Notes: generated by a model not told the origin, from the letters alone. 64,000 bases of DNA from Pirellulales bacterium (GCA_035533075.1 DATLUO010000045.1:161-64160); one strand, 5' to 3'; numbered from the stretch's first letter, positions 53,589 to 63,448 are shown. Program-made: numbers and translations.

Positions 53589-54155
53589 TTACTCATCCTT
53601 CCCTGCCCACGCCTCTTGCCAAGACCTTACGGTCAGCGGATCGCTGGGATCGCATTTCAGCAGTTGCTCGAGCACGCGTCGGGCAAGCTTGCGTTTGCCG
53701 AGCTCGTGCAGGCAGAGGGCAAGCCCCTTGGCCGATTCGAGAAAGGGCTGATTGGCCGCGAAGCGGTAAGGGAGCCGACCGGCAAGGCCGCCCGGCGGAA
53801 AGGCCGAGAGCACGATCTCGAATGCGTAGCCGAAATGGCCGCGGGCCAGCCGAAAGTCGCGTTCGGCCAGGGCCAGTTCTCCCAGCATGCGATGCGCGGC
53901 CACAAAGTCGCCGCAGCCGTTCAAGAGCCAACGCAGCTCGTCGACGGCGATGTCGCTTTCACCCGCGTCGAGCATGAGCTGTACTTCTTCCAGGTCTTCA
54001 GTACGTTCCAATGCACAGCGAGGATGCACCAGCTCCCAGTCGTTTTCGCCCGGCTTCCGCCGCACGCGCAGCGTGGTCGGGCGACGTCGGAAACCGATCT
54101 CCTCGTCTTCGCCGCCTCGTTTCGGCTTACCCTGCTTTTCTTTCCGCTCGCGCAT
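53589..54155 (-). CDS. hypothetical helical (TPR-like) protein
   Basis: Last 188 codons of a 571-aa track ORF, from MRERKEKQGKPKRGG (ATG 54155). The rest of the track ORF is antisense to mutY. Confidence 0.55.
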   Translation of the reverse strand: MRERKEKQGKPKRGGEDEEIGFRRRPTTLRVRRKPGENDWELVHPRCALERTEDLEEVQLMLDAGESDIAVDELRWLLNGCGDFVAAHRMLGELALAERDFRLARGHFGYAFEIVLSAFPPGGLAGRLPYRFAANQPFLESAKGLALCLHELGKRKLARRVLEQLLKCDPSDPLTVRSWQEAWAGKDE

Positions 54156-54284
54156 CTTGCCGATTATAGCGTAGGCCCCTCGCCCGCGCGCCCAAAGGAG
54201 GCTACATTGGCAGCGTTTGGCGGAACGAGATCGCCGTAAGCTCGCTTGCCCCACCTTACACTTAACGCCCCCTATGTGCGGAAA

Positions 54285-55391
54285 ATGAAAACTCGTTGCC
54301 AGTGGCCTACCGCAGCCTGGAAGCGGCAGTTCCGCCGCAAGCTCCTCGGCTGGTACGCGCTCCACGCCCGTGATCTTGAGTGGCGGCAGACGAGCGATCC
54401 TTATCGCGTCTGGGTCAGCGAGATCATGTTGCAGCAGACGCAAGTGGCGACCGTGGCTGGCTACTTCTCGCGGTTCCTGGCCGAATTCCCCACCATCGAC
54501 GCTTTGGCAGCCGCGGACGAGCACCGGGTGTTGCGGCTCTGGGAGGGCCTGGGGTATTACCGCCGCGCACGCCAGCTTCATCGTGCGGCGGGCATCATCG
54601 TCGGCGAGCACGGCGGCCGCTTTCCCGCCGATCCCCACGCCGTGCGCGGCTTGCCCGGCATCGGGCGTTACACGGCGGGCGCCATCCTCTCTATTGCCTT
54701 TGATGCCCGGCAGCCGATTCTCGAAGCCAATACGATCCGCCTGCTCAGCCGGTTGCTCGCTTATCGCGGCGATCCCCGGAAGAAAGAAGGAGAGTCGCTG
54801 CTGTGGAAGTTCGCGGAAGAGCTTCTGCCGCGGCGCGGGTCGGGGACGTTCAACCAGGCCCTGATGGAGCTGGGCAGCCTGGTTTGCACGCCGCGGAATC
54901 CGGCCTGCGGCGAGTGCCCGGTCAAGCGACTTTGCCCGACTGAGGCTCGGTCGCTGCAAGGCGTCATCCCTGTAGCCAAAGCGAAACCGCGGTTCGAGGC
55001 GGTCCGCGAGGCACTGGTCGTGGTCCGGCGTGGCAGTCAGGTGTTGTTGCGTCAGCGGCAGGCGGACGAACGCTGGGCCGGCCTGTGGGATTTCCCGCGC
55101 TTTACCATCGACGCTGTCAACGGCGACCTTGCCGCGGATCTTGCCGCTAAATTGACTGCCACGACCGGCATCGTCGCCGAGCTGGGCGAGCGGCTCACCA
55201 CGATCAAGCACGGCGTGACGCGGTTCCGAATCACGCTCGACTGCTACCTGGCCGATTGTGCCGCCAAACCGCGCCGGCTGGGCAACCGTTGCCGCTGGGT
55301 CCATTCTGACGAGCTCGCCCGATATCCGCTCAGCACTACGGGACGGAAGGCCGCCGATTTGCTCAACCTCAGAGAAACCATGTCAAGCTAG
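54285..55391 (+). CDS. mutY: A/G-specific adenine DNA glycosylase
   Basis: PYRVWVSEIMLQQTQVATV, GLGYYRRARQLH, LPGIGRYTAGAILSIAF, and the 4Fe-4S cluster loop CTPRNPACGECPVKRLC. C-terminal NUDIX-like domain. The start is uncertain (ATG 54285 or TTG 54246). Confidence 0.9.
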   Translation: MKTRCQWPTAAWKRQFRRKLLGWYALHARDLEWRQTSDPYRVWVSEIMLQQTQVATVAGYFSRFLAEFPTIDALAAADEHRVLRLWEGLGYYRRARQLHRAAGIIVGEHGGRFPADPHAVRGLPGIGRYTAGAILSIAFDARQPILEANTIRLLSRLLAYRGDPRKKEGESLLWKFAEELLPRRGSGTFNQALMELGSLVCTPRNPACGECPVKRLCPTEARSLQGVIPVAKAKPRFEAVREALVVVRRGSQVLLRQRQADERWAGLWDFPRFTIDAVNGDLAADLAAKLTATTGIVAELGERLTTIKHGVTRFRITLDCYLADCAAKPRRLGNRCRWVHSDELARYPLSTTGRKAADLLNLRETMSS

Positions 55392-56761
55392 GGCAGGGCC
55401 GGGTCCCTCATCTCTCTCTCATCTTTCAATGCGAACGCCATGAGTTGTTCGCGTGCCCGAACATACAACCGGCTTCCGACCAGTGCCGGCGAGCTCCACG
55501 CCTCGCGATCGCTCAGGCGTATGATGCTCAGCGGGGGTGGCGGCCTGGGCGTTGCGGAAAGAATCGACAGCCTTCCGCGTTCATCGAGCGCCAGCAACCG
55601 TGGTCCGACGAATAGCGGCGTGCAATAGTAGGCCGCGCGCTCATTGCCCCAGAGGGCAGTGCCACCCACGAGCCAGGCCATCTTGCCGTCGGCGAGCCGC
55701 ACGCAGCCGAACTCGCCACCGTCGTTCATGCCATACACGTGACCACCGGCGACGACCGCGGACGAAAGATAACTGCTCAAATCGCGGTTCTCCCAGGCCA
55801 CGGCCATCGCGCAGCGATCGCCGCGCGGGGTGATCTTCAGCGCCGTCAGTGGCCGGCCATCGCCGTTCACGACCACGTAGGGATCGGCGACCGCGGGAGT
55901 GCTGATGCTTTCGTTGTATTGAATCTGAAACGGACTGCTCCAAAGCTTTCGGCCGGTCGCAAGTTCCAGCCCAACGACTTCGGGGCCGGTCATGACAACC
56001 ACTTGTTCTCTCCCGGCCAGGCGGGCAGCCACGGGCGATGAATACGACACCTCGTCGTCGAGCGCGCGCCAGGCTTCTTTTCCGGTCTTGGCGTCGAAGG
56101 CCATGATCGTGCCCGACTTGCTGCCGCCCACCGACGAAATCACGAGACCCTCGGTCACCAATAGCGAGCCGGTGTAGCCGAACAGAGGCACCGGCGCGCC
56201 TTGCCCCTCCCCGACCGGCACGATCACCGACTCCGTGCCGTACACATAGGCACGGCCTCGCGGCAGCGGCTGCCGGGCGCCGAAGCGGGCAGGAAAGTTG
56301 ACTTCCCAAAGCCGCTGGCCGTTGTCGGCCCGCAAACATTGCAATCGGCCGGCGATGCCCAGGCTGTAGACCTTGCCGGCGGCAACCGCCGGCGTGCTCT
56401 TCGGCCCGTTGCCGTGCCGGGCACCCACGGGGTGCGGATCGAAATCGATCGGATCGCTATGCATCCAGAGTTGCTCGCCGGTTTTCGCGTCGAAGGCGAG
56501 CACGCGTTCGCTGCCGTCCTGCCGGTCGGTGACAAAAACGCGGTCATCGGCCACTACCGGCGACGACCATCCGCTGCCCAGCGAGGCCGTCCAAAGCGGC
56601 TTCAACTCGGCCGGCCACTTGTCGGGCAATTTCGCACCGGTGGCAATGCCTTGGCCCGTCGATCCGCGCCAGCGTGGCCAGGCAGGTGCGGGTTGTGCCG
56701 CGGCATCGAAGCACAGCAGCAGAGGCAAGGCAGAAGCGATCAAAGCGAAACGAGCTTTCAT
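55388..56761 (-). CDS. PQQ-like (BamB-type) beta-propeller repeat protein, secreted
   Basis: 457-aa ORF with a signal peptide. WPRWRGSTGQG...WSSPVVADDRVFV is followed by repeated G..YALD/ald-type blades. Confidence 0.85.
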   Translation of the reverse strand: MKARFALIASALPLLLCFDAAAQPAPAWPRWRGSTGQGIATGAKLPDKWPAELKPLWTASLGSGWSSPVVADDRVFVTDRQDGSERVLAFDAKTGEQLWMHSDPIDFDPHPVGARHGNGPKSTPAVAAGKVYSLGIAGRLQCLRADNGQRLWEVNFPARFGARQPLPRGRAYVYGTESVIVPVGEGQGAPVPLFGYTGSLLVTEGLVISSVGGSKSGTIMAFDAKTGKEAWRALDDEVSYSSPVAARLAGREQVVVMTGPEVVGLELATGRKLWSSPFQIQYNESISTPAVADPYVVVNGDGRPLTALKITPRGDRCAMAVAWENRDLSSYLSSAVVAGGHVYGMNDGGEFGCVRLADGKMAWLVGGTALWGNERAAYYCTPLFVGPRLLALDERGRLSILSATPRPPPPLSIIRLSDREAWSSPALVGSRLYVRAREQLMAFALKDEREMRDPALP

Positions 56762-56900
56762 GGCTCAATTCGACACGACTGGCGGGCGTTTTTCAATGCG
56801 AGTGGGATGCCATTGACACCGTGCCCCTCTCTTCGGAAAATCGGCAATCTGTATGCTTTAGGCAACCTGATCAACTTCCCAGTTTGCGGCGACTCCCATT

Positions 56901-57149
56901 GTGCTTCCCAAAGCGTGCCTCACCATACTGGTCGCCGGCGCGATACTGCTGCCGATTGCCATTACGCTGGTCGCGGCCACGGCGTTCTTGTTTAATGGCC
57001 TGCAAGACCTGGGCATGGCCAGGGTTTTGAACGGCGTCGCGATCGGTCTGGGATTATTGTGGACCTTGGATCTCGCCGCGCTCACCGTCGTGCTGGGAAT
57101 CGACGCACTGATGCGTGCCGGCGGCGAGCGGGATGTCGACGAAGAGTGA
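56901..57149 (+). CDS. small two-TM hypothetical membrane protein
   Basis: 82-aa ORF with a GTG start. Two hydrophobic helices and an acidic tail. Confidence 0.4.
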   Translation: MLPKACLTILVAGAILLPIAITLVAATAFLFNGLQDLGMARVLNGVAIGLGLLWTLDLAALTVVLGIDALMRAGGERDVDEE

Positions 57150-57234
57150 CTGCTATGGCATCGGGCACAAGCTTGCATAGAATAACAAGGGCCGCTTCTT
57201 CTCCGCGACGCTCTTCGGGGCCAGGACAAAACCG

Positions 57235-57825
57235 ATGACTGCCAAAACCGATCCGTCAACTCACCCACTGCCCGAACAAGTCGCGGAGGAGCGGATCGAA
57301 ATCGATTTGAAAGACCCGGTGTTTGCGGCGTTCCTGGCATGGCTTCTGCCAGGGCTGGGCCATTGGTACCAGGGAAGAACGCACAAAGCCGTGCTGTTTT
57401 TCGTCTGCATCCTGGGAACGTTCATCTACGGTCTCTACCTGGGCGAGGGGCGGGTGGTGTATGCCTCGTGGCGCGACAACGACCGCCGCCTGCCGTATCT
57501 CTGCCAAGTCGGCGTCGGGCTGCCGGCGCTGCCGGCGCTGATCCAGGCCAAGCGGCAAACGCCGATCCAGGTGCCGCTGTTCAATGACCGGAATTTCATG
57601 GCGCCGCCCAGCGTGTCGGACGCGCACAGCGGACAAGACGAGCTCGACCGCTTGCACAAGCGTCTCAACCACTACTGGGAACTGGGCACGGTCTTTACGA
57701 TGATTGCCGGGCTGCTCAATATCTTGGCGATTTACGACGCCTGGGGAGGCCCCGCGTATGCCACGCCGGCAAAGAGGGAAGACGACGCATCCGACGGCGA
57801 TTTCGAGAAGGAGGCGAAGTCATGA
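57235..57825 (+). CDS. hypothetical membrane protein
   Basis: 196-aa ORF. AAFLAWLLPGLGHWYQGR followed by further TM segments. The stop overlaps the next ATG (ATGA). Confidence 0.65.
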   Translation: MTAKTDPSTHPLPEQVAEERIEIDLKDPVFAAFLAWLLPGLGHWYQGRTHKAVLFFVCILGTFIYGLYLGEGRVVYASWRDNDRRLPYLCQVGVGLPALPALIQAKRQTPIQVPLFNDRNFMAPPSVSDAHSGQDELDRLHKRLNHYWELGTVFTMIAGLLNILAIYDAWGGPAYATPAKREDDASDGDFEKEAKS

Positions 57826-58034
57826 TTTCGCTGGCTCCTTTGCTCTTGGCGACGCGGATTCACGACCTGTGGTTCGCTCTGCCGTTGATCGTGGTGGTGA
57901 GTCTGGTTTATTCCGCCACGCGGCACGAGCTGCCGCGGCCGATCGCGGTCGGCGCCGTTCGCATGGCGGCCTGGATCAGCGGCTTCATGCTGATCGGCTT
58001 CGCCATCCTGTTTACCGTCTCCTCGCTGCTCTAG
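57822..58034 (+). CDS. small two-TM hypothetical membrane protein
   Basis: 70-aa ORF translationally coupled (ATGA) to the preceding gene. Confidence 0.45.
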   Translation: MISLAPLLLATRIHDLWFALPLIVVVSLVYSATRHELPRPIAVGAVRMAAWISGFMLIGFAILFTVSSLL

Positions 58035-58067
58035 GGCGGGCACGTGGTCCTGACGGATGCTTCGAGA

Positions 58068-58221
58068 GGTGGCTGGGGCAGAGCTTGGCCAAGCTGGGGC
58101 TGGCACTTCGTTCATCTCAGCGGCCAAGCGAGGCCCCGGTTGGACGCACCGGGGCATCGCTTGGCCGCCACGCGATCGAGGGGTGCCAGCCGCTCTCTGG
58201 CCACGCTCTGCCCCAGCCACC
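58068..58221. repeat. family-B nested-palindrome element, copy B4 (154 nt)
   Basis: Closely similar to B2 along its length (scattered substitutions). The right terminal arm is slightly diverged (GGCCACGCTCTGCCCCAGCCACC). Lies between the small membrane genes and xseB. Confidence 0.85.
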
Positions 58222-58254
58222 ACCTTACGGACGCGCTCAAAGCCGCTATCCTAG

Positions 58255-58665
58255 ATGCTCATGGAACCACTTCCTGACATAACGGCCCTCAGCAGCGAGC
58301 CCTGTCCACCCAGCTTCGAGCAGGCGCTGGAACAATTGGAGCACATCGTCCACCAACTCGAAGAGGGCGAAATCGGCCTGGCCGAAGCGCTCGACCACTA
58401 TGAAAAAGGCATCGGGCTATTGAAGCAATGCTACGGCTTGCTGGAGCGCGCCGAACGGCGGATCGAGCTGCTCAGTGGCGTGGATGCCGCGGGAAGCCCC
58501 ATTACGGAGCCGTTCAGCGACGACGGCGCCGTCTCGTTGGACGAAAAGTCGCAGAGCCGTGGCCGCCGCCGTACCAGGCCCGAGGGCCAAGCCCCCGTGC
58601 GCGAACGCGCCGAAACCGCGGAATTGCCCCAAGTTCGCGTAGACGAGCCAGGCAGCCTGTTTTAG
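58255..58665 (+). CDS. xseB: exodeoxyribonuclease VII small subunit
   Basis: FEQALEQLEHIVHQLEEGEIGLAEALDHYEKGIGLLKQCYGLLERAERRIELL is the XseB helical hairpin pattern. It carries a long charged C-terminal tail. Confidence 0.85.
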   Translation: MLMEPLPDITALSSEPCPPSFEQALEQLEHIVHQLEEGEIGLAEALDHYEKGIGLLKQCYGLLERAERRIELLSGVDAAGSPITEPFSDDGAVSLDEKSQSRGRRRTRPEGQAPVRERAETAELPQVRVDEPGSLF

Positions 58666-58706
58666 AATCCTCCGTTGTTTTTCAATTTCGGGCGAGGCTT
58701 TGGGCT

Positions 58707-59639
58707 ATGGCAACGACTCTCCTGCGTTCGTTCGAGCAAGCGGCCAGTGAATTGCGCCCTCAGATCGAGGAAGCACTCGACCGCTATACCCATTTTGCGT
58801 CCGGCTGTCCGGCCCAGCTCGCCGAGTCGGTCCGTTATAGTTTACTGGCCCCCGGCAAGCGATTGCGGCCGCTCATGGTGTTAATGGCGGCCGAAGCCTG
58901 CGGTGGAAGCATTAGCAACGCGATGCCCACCGCCTGTGCCGTTGAAATGATCCACTGCTATTCCCTAATCCACGATGATTTGCCGGCCATGGACGACGAC
59001 GACCTGCGTCGCGGCCGGCCGACGAACCACAAGGTGTTTGGTGAAGCGATGGCCATCCTGGCCGGCGATTCGCTGCTGACGCGGGCCTTTGAGATTGTCG
59101 CCCGCGACGTGCAACCGCCGCAGGTCGCGGCGGCTTGCTGCGCCGCCTTGGGCGAGGCCTCGGGGGCATCGGCCCTGGTGGGTGGTCAGGCTGACGACAT
59201 TATCGGGGAGAAGGGGCACGCGCAGGCCAGTTCGCAGCAGCCGGCTTCGCCCGAAAAGCTTTTGTCGGCGTTAGAATCGATTCACGATCGCAAGACGGGG
59301 GCCATTTTTCTGGCTGCGTTGCGTCTTGGGGGCTTGACGGCGGCCGCCAGGCCGAGGCAAATAGACTTGTTGATCGAATATGGTCGTCGCCTGGGGCTGG
59401 CCTTTCAGATCGCGGATGATCTGCTTGACGTCCAGGGAAATGAAGAAGCGGCGGGCAAAAGAGTTGGCAAGGATGCAGACCGAGGCAAGTTGACGTTTCC
59501 TGGATTATTAGGAATTGACGAAAGCGCGCGGCGTGCTAGACGTTTGGTCGCCGAAGCGTGCGAGATGCTCGCACCGCTGGGGCCGCCGGCCGGACCGCTG
59601 GCCTCGCTGGCACACTACGTCGTGGAGCGAGATCGATGA
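58707..59639 (+). CDS. ispA: (2E,6E)-farnesyl/geranylgeranyl diphosphate synthase (polyprenyl synthetase)
   Basis: Start moved to MATTLLRSFEQ (ATG 58707). FARM motif LIHDDLPAMDDDDLRRGRPT and SARM motif FQIADDLLD. Confidence 0.9.
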   Translation: MATTLLRSFEQAASELRPQIEEALDRYTHFASGCPAQLAESVRYSLLAPGKRLRPLMVLMAAEACGGSISNAMPTACAVEMIHCYSLIHDDLPAMDDDDLRRGRPTNHKVFGEAMAILAGDSLLTRAFEIVARDVQPPQVAAACCAALGEASGASALVGGQADDIIGEKGHAQASSQQPASPEKLLSALESIHDRKTGAIFLAALRLGGLTAAARPRQIDLLIEYGRRLGLAFQIADDLLDVQGNEEAAGKRVGKDADRGKLTFPGLLGIDESARRARRLVAEACEMLAPLGPPAGPLASLAHYVVERDR

Positions 59640-61555
59640 TGGACCAATGGCTCTCAAAAATCGAGTCGCCGCGCGACTTGCAGCCGCTGTCGGTGGCCGA
59701 ATTGGAACAGCTTGCCGGCGAAATGCGCGAGGCCATGTGCAATCTCGTGACCAACCGCACCGCCCACTTCGCCTCGAACCTGGGCGTGATCGAGCTTTGC
59801 CTGGCACTGCACAAGACGTTCGATTTCAGCCGCGACCGCCTGATCTGGGATACGGGGCACCAAATCTACCCGCACAAGCTCATCACCGGCCGCTATCACG
59901 AGTTCGGCACCATCCGCACCAAAGGCGGCCTGATGGGCTACCCCAATCCTCAAGAAAGCGATTATGACCTGTTCATGACCGGCCACGCCGGCGCCAGCGT
60001 GTCGACTATCCTGGGACTGAAAAGCGGCGACGACCTGATACCGGGTGAGGCCGATCGGCACGCCGTGGCGGTGATCGGCGACGGTGCCTTGCCTTCGGGC
60101 ATGGTGTTCGAGGCGCTCAATAACGCCGGCGGCATGAGGAAAAAAATCACCGTCATCCTCAACGACAACAAGATGTCGATCTGCCCGCGGGTCGGCGGGG
60201 TGGCGCAGTATCTCGACCGGCTGCGGATGAACCCGCTCTACACCGGACTCAAACAAGAAGTGGTCAAGGCGCTGAACAAGGTGCCGCTGCTGGGCGATCC
60301 GGTCGAGCGATTGCTGTGGCAGGCCAAGGAGTCGATCAAGGCCGGCCTGCACGGCGGCATGTTGTTCGAAGAGCTGGGCCTGCGCTACGTCGGGCCGGTC
60401 GACGGCCACAACATCGGCCAACTCTGCAAGTATCTGCGGATGTTGAAAGAGGTCGAGGGTCCGGTGCTGTTGCACGTGGTGACGGAGAAGGGACACGGCT
60501 TTCAGCCCGCCGCCGAAGATCCCGTGTTTTTCCACACGCCGGTTCCGTTTCAGCGCGATCAGAACGGCTCGGTGTCGTTCAAGAAAAGCTCCTCGCGTTC
60601 GTACACCCACGTGGCCAGCGAGGCCATTTACGACCAGCTTTCGCAGAACCCGCGCGTCACCGTGCTGACGGCCGCCATGTGCCAGGGGAACAACCTGGAG
60701 CGCGTGCGGGAAAGCTTCCCCGACCGCTTTTTCGATACCGGCATCTGCGAATCGCACGCGGTGGCCTTCGCGGCCGGCCAGGCGAAGTCGGGCCTGCGTC
60801 CCATCGTCGATATTTACAGCACGTTCCTGCAGCGCAGCTACGATCAGATTTTCCAGGAAGTCGCCCTGCAAAAGCTGCCGGTCACGTTCACGCTCGACCG
60901 GGCGGGCCTCACCGGCCCCGACGGTCCGACGCACCACGGCGCCTTCGACATCGCCTACATGCGGGTGTTTCCGAACATGGTGGTGATGTCGCCCGGCGAC
61001 GAGTACGACCTGCCGCCGATGCTCGACTTCGCGCTCTCGCACGATTCGCCCGTCGCGGTCCGCTATCCCAAGGCGACGTCCGAAAAGCTCGACCGTCCGC
61101 TGGCGCCGATCGAATTGGGGCGTGCCGAGGTGATCGAGTGGGGGCACGACGGCATGTTCGTCGCGTTCGGCGCACAGATGGGCGCCTGCGTCAAAGCGGC
61201 CGAGATCCTGCGCGGCGAAGGACTCGACGTGGGCGTCGTCAACGCTCGCTTTGCCAAGCCGCTCGACACCGAAACGATTTTTCGGGCCATCGAATCGTGC
61301 TCCTTCGTGCTCACCGTCGAAGAGGGCTGCTTGATGGGAGGCTTCGGCAGTGCTGTGGTCGAAGCGGCCACCGACGCGGGTTTATCGACGGCCCACGTGC
61401 GGCGGTTGGGCATTCCCGATCGTTTCATCGAGCACGCCGAGCGCGGCGAACTGCTGGCCGACCTGGGCCTCGACGTGCCGGGCCTGGTCAAGGCGGCACG
61501 CGAATTGGCCGCCCGCCTTGAGCCACGCGAGACCGTGCGCCGGCAAGTGGTGTAA
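59636..61555 (+). CDS. dxs: 1-deoxy-D-xylulose-5-phosphate synthase
   Basis: Start at MMDQWLSKIESPRDL; the ATG overlaps the ispA TGA. GHAGASVSTILG, IGDGALPSGMVFEALNNAG and ICESHAV are DXS motifs. Confidence 0.95.
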   Translation: MMDQWLSKIESPRDLQPLSVAELEQLAGEMREAMCNLVTNRTAHFASNLGVIELCLALHKTFDFSRDRLIWDTGHQIYPHKLITGRYHEFGTIRTKGGLMGYPNPQESDYDLFMTGHAGASVSTILGLKSGDDLIPGEADRHAVAVIGDGALPSGMVFEALNNAGGMRKKITVILNDNKMSICPRVGGVAQYLDRLRMNPLYTGLKQEVVKALNKVPLLGDPVERLLWQAKESIKAGLHGGMLFEELGLRYVGPVDGHNIGQLCKYLRMLKEVEGPVLLHVVTEKGHGFQPAAEDPVFFHTPVPFQRDQNGSVSFKKSSSRSYTHVASEAIYDQLSQNPRVTVLTAAMCQGNNLERVRESFPDRFFDTGICESHAVAFAAGQAKSGLRPIVDIYSTFLQRSYDQIFQEVALQKLPVTFTLDRAGLTGPDGPTHHGAFDIAYMRVFPNMVVMSPGDEYDLPPMLDFALSHDSPVAVRYPKATSEKLDRPLAPIELGRAEVIEWGHDGMFVAFGAQMGACVKAAEILRGEGLDVGVVNARFAKPLDTETIFRAIESCSFVLTVEEGCLMGGFGSAVVEAATDAGLSTAHVRRLGIPDRFIEHAERGELLADLGLDVPGLVKAARELAARLEPRETVRRQVV

Positions 61556-61721
61556 GCCCACGTGGCGTAAGCGTCCTCCCTTGCGTCGATCCGGCGAGGC
61601 AGACCAGCCAGGTCGCTAATGCTACGCCTACTTGACCTGATTGCTCCGGTTCTGCAACATAATTATATGCGGCAGGAATGATGCCTAAGCGGATTTGCAT
61701 CGACGTCGAAGGCTTTTTTAG

Positions 61722-62126
61722 ATGACACAGAACATGGAATCGCCCGTCCAGGGAATCGAAGCAGCCGTGTCGGCATTTGCCGATCTCAGTAAGGGGCCCG
61801 CGTTTGCCGCCGATCCTTCCACCCGCGTCTTTACGACCTTCATCGTGGCGCTTGGAAATCAAGAGATTTCGCTTCGCAAACCAATACCCGTAACGATCTT
61901 CCCGGACGGCGACGACTTCACTGCCAGTTTCATGGATGCGAATATCAGCACCGGCGGTGGAAGCCCGCAAGAGGCGCTATATAATCTGCAACACCTTATC
62001 GCGGACTTCTTCTTGATGGACGAGGACGAGCCGACGATGGCCCTCAGCGAAAAAATGAGGCACCAGCGGCGCGTTCTGGCGGAGTGCGTATGCCGAACCT
62101 CACTAAAGACGATGCCCAACGAATAG
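61722..62126 (+). CDS. HicB-like (RNase-H-fold antitoxin-like) domain protein
   Basis: 134-aa ORF in a lower-GC insert. PIPVTIFPDGDDFTASFMDANISTGGGSPQEALYNLQHLIADFF resembles the HicB N-terminal domain pattern. Confidence 0.5.
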   Translation: MTQNMESPVQGIEAAVSAFADLSKGPAFAADPSTRVFTTFIVALGNQEISLRKPIPVTIFPDGDDFTASFMDANISTGGGSPQEALYNLQHLIADFFLMDEDEPTMALSEKMRHQRRVLAECVCRTSLKTMPNE

Positions 62127-62425
62127 CGACGAAACTCGGCAACCCGCCGCTTGACCCAAACAAACAATGCCTTCAACTAGAGGTTCGGCAAAAAGGCCCC
62201 CACGACATTGTCAGCATCCGCTACAGGAACGTCCTGGTTGGGCGATTCGGAATTCAGCGCGGGAGCAACCGCAATGCTCGGCACAACTACATTCCCGAGC
62301 AGATTCATCTCACGAGACAACAGGGCGCCGAATTCGCAAGCTGCGAGATGTCGATCGACCAATACATAGACATCATCCTGCGCGACGAAGAGATTCAGTC
62401 CCGGCTACCCAAAGATAAGGGGTAG
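62090..62425 (+). CDS. hypothetical protein, cassette partner
   Basis: About 111 codons from MPNLTKDDAQRIATKLG (ATG 62090), with GGAG 5 nt upstream. It overlaps the previous ORF by 37 nt and ends 4 nt before argC. No family recognised; RQKGPH only weakly recalls HicA. Confidence 0.5.
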   Translation: MPNLTKDDAQRIATKLGNPPLDPNKQCLQLEVRQKGPHDIVSIRYRNVLVGRFGIQRGSNRNARHNYIPEQIHLTRQQGAEFASCEMSIDQYIDIILRDEEIQSRLPKDKG

Positions 62426-62429
62426 AAAC

Positions 62430-63443
62430 ATGGTTCGCATTGCCATCCTCGGTGCCACAGGCTACTCGGCGTTGGAGCTCGTCAAGCTCCTGTTGAGACA
62501 CCCCGAAGCCGAGATCACCACCGTCACCAGCCGGCAGGAGGGAAATCCCCCGCTGGCCAACGTCCATCCCGCGCTCACGGGCCGCACCGAGCTGCGCCTG
62601 GAAGACCTGGGGCCAGTGGCCGTCGCCGGCCGGGCGGAATGCGTCTTTAGCTGCCTGCCCCACGGCGTCACCGCCTCGCTCGTGCCGCAACTTCTTGCCA
62701 CGCACCGCTGCCGAGTCATCGACCTCAGCGCCGACTACCGGCTGCGCAGCGCGGAGCTCTATCACCAGTGGTATGGCGAAAAGCATGCCGATCCCGAACG
62801 CCTGGCGACCGCCGTTTATGGATTGCCCGAACTGTTTCGCCAGCAGATCCCCTCGGCCCAGCTCATCGCGAATCCGGGCTGCTATCCGACGTCGGCCATC
62901 CTGGCGTTGGCGCCGCTGGTGAAACTGCGGTTGATCGAGACGGACGACATCATCGTCGATTCCAAGAGCGGCGTGTCGGGCGCGGGCCGCACGCCGAAAC
63001 TCACCACGCTCTTTCCCGAGTGCAACGAAAGCGTGTCGGCCTACAACGTCGGCCGACATCGGCACACGCCCGAGATCGAGCAGGTGCTTTCGACGGCGGG
63101 CGGCGAGAACGTTGAGATCATCTTCACTCCGCACCTCGTTCCGATGGACCGCGGCATCTTGACCACCACCTATTCGACGCCACGGGGCAAGATCGGCGAG
63201 GAGCGGGTGCTCGATACGCTACGGGAGTTTTATGCTCACGAGCCGTTCGTTCGCGTGGTCGAGCATTTGCCGGGCAGCAAAGACAGCGCGGGAACCAACT
63301 ATTGCGACATCACCGCCCGCGTGGTGCGGGGGCGGATCGTCACGATCAGTTGCCTCGACAATCTGATCAAGGGCGCATCGGGCGCCGCCGTGCAGAATTT
63401 CAACCTCATGTTCGGCTTCCCCGAAACGACGGCGCTGGTGTAA
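62430..63443 (+). CDS. argC: N-acetyl-gamma-glutamyl-phosphate reductase
   Basis: 337-aa ORF. ILGATGYSALELVKLL, the NPGCYPTSAILALAPL active-site Cys region, and SGVSGAGR. Confidence 0.95.
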   Translation: MVRIAILGATGYSALELVKLLLRHPEAEITTVTSRQEGNPPLANVHPALTGRTELRLEDLGPVAVAGRAECVFSCLPHGVTASLVPQLLATHRCRVIDLSADYRLRSAELYHQWYGEKHADPERLATAVYGLPELFRQQIPSAQLIANPGCYPTSAILALAPLVKLRLIETDDIIVDSKSGVSGAGRTPKLTTLFPECNESVSAYNVGRHRHTPEIEQVLSTAGGENVEIIFTPHLVPMDRGILTTTYSTPRGKIGEERVLDTLREFYAHEPFVRVVEHLPGSKDSAGTNYCDITARVVRGRIVTISCLDNLIKGASGAAVQNFNLMFGFPETTALV

Positions 63444-63448
63444 ATGCG

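Noticed and set aside
53589-55304. 571-aa minus-strand ORF taken at face value
   Set aside because: Its N-terminal ~380 codons are antisense to mutY. Only the C-terminal 188 codons were kept.
10361-58221. Possibility that the recurring GC-rich repeats (families A and B) form a CRISPR array
   Set aside because: The copies are dispersed over tens of kb and are themselves long palindromes. They are not regularly spaced by unique spacers, and no cas genes are present.
61632-61663. TTGACC ... CATAAT as the promoter of the HicB-like cassette
   Set aside because: The spacer is 20 nt, too long for a sigma-70-type promoter.
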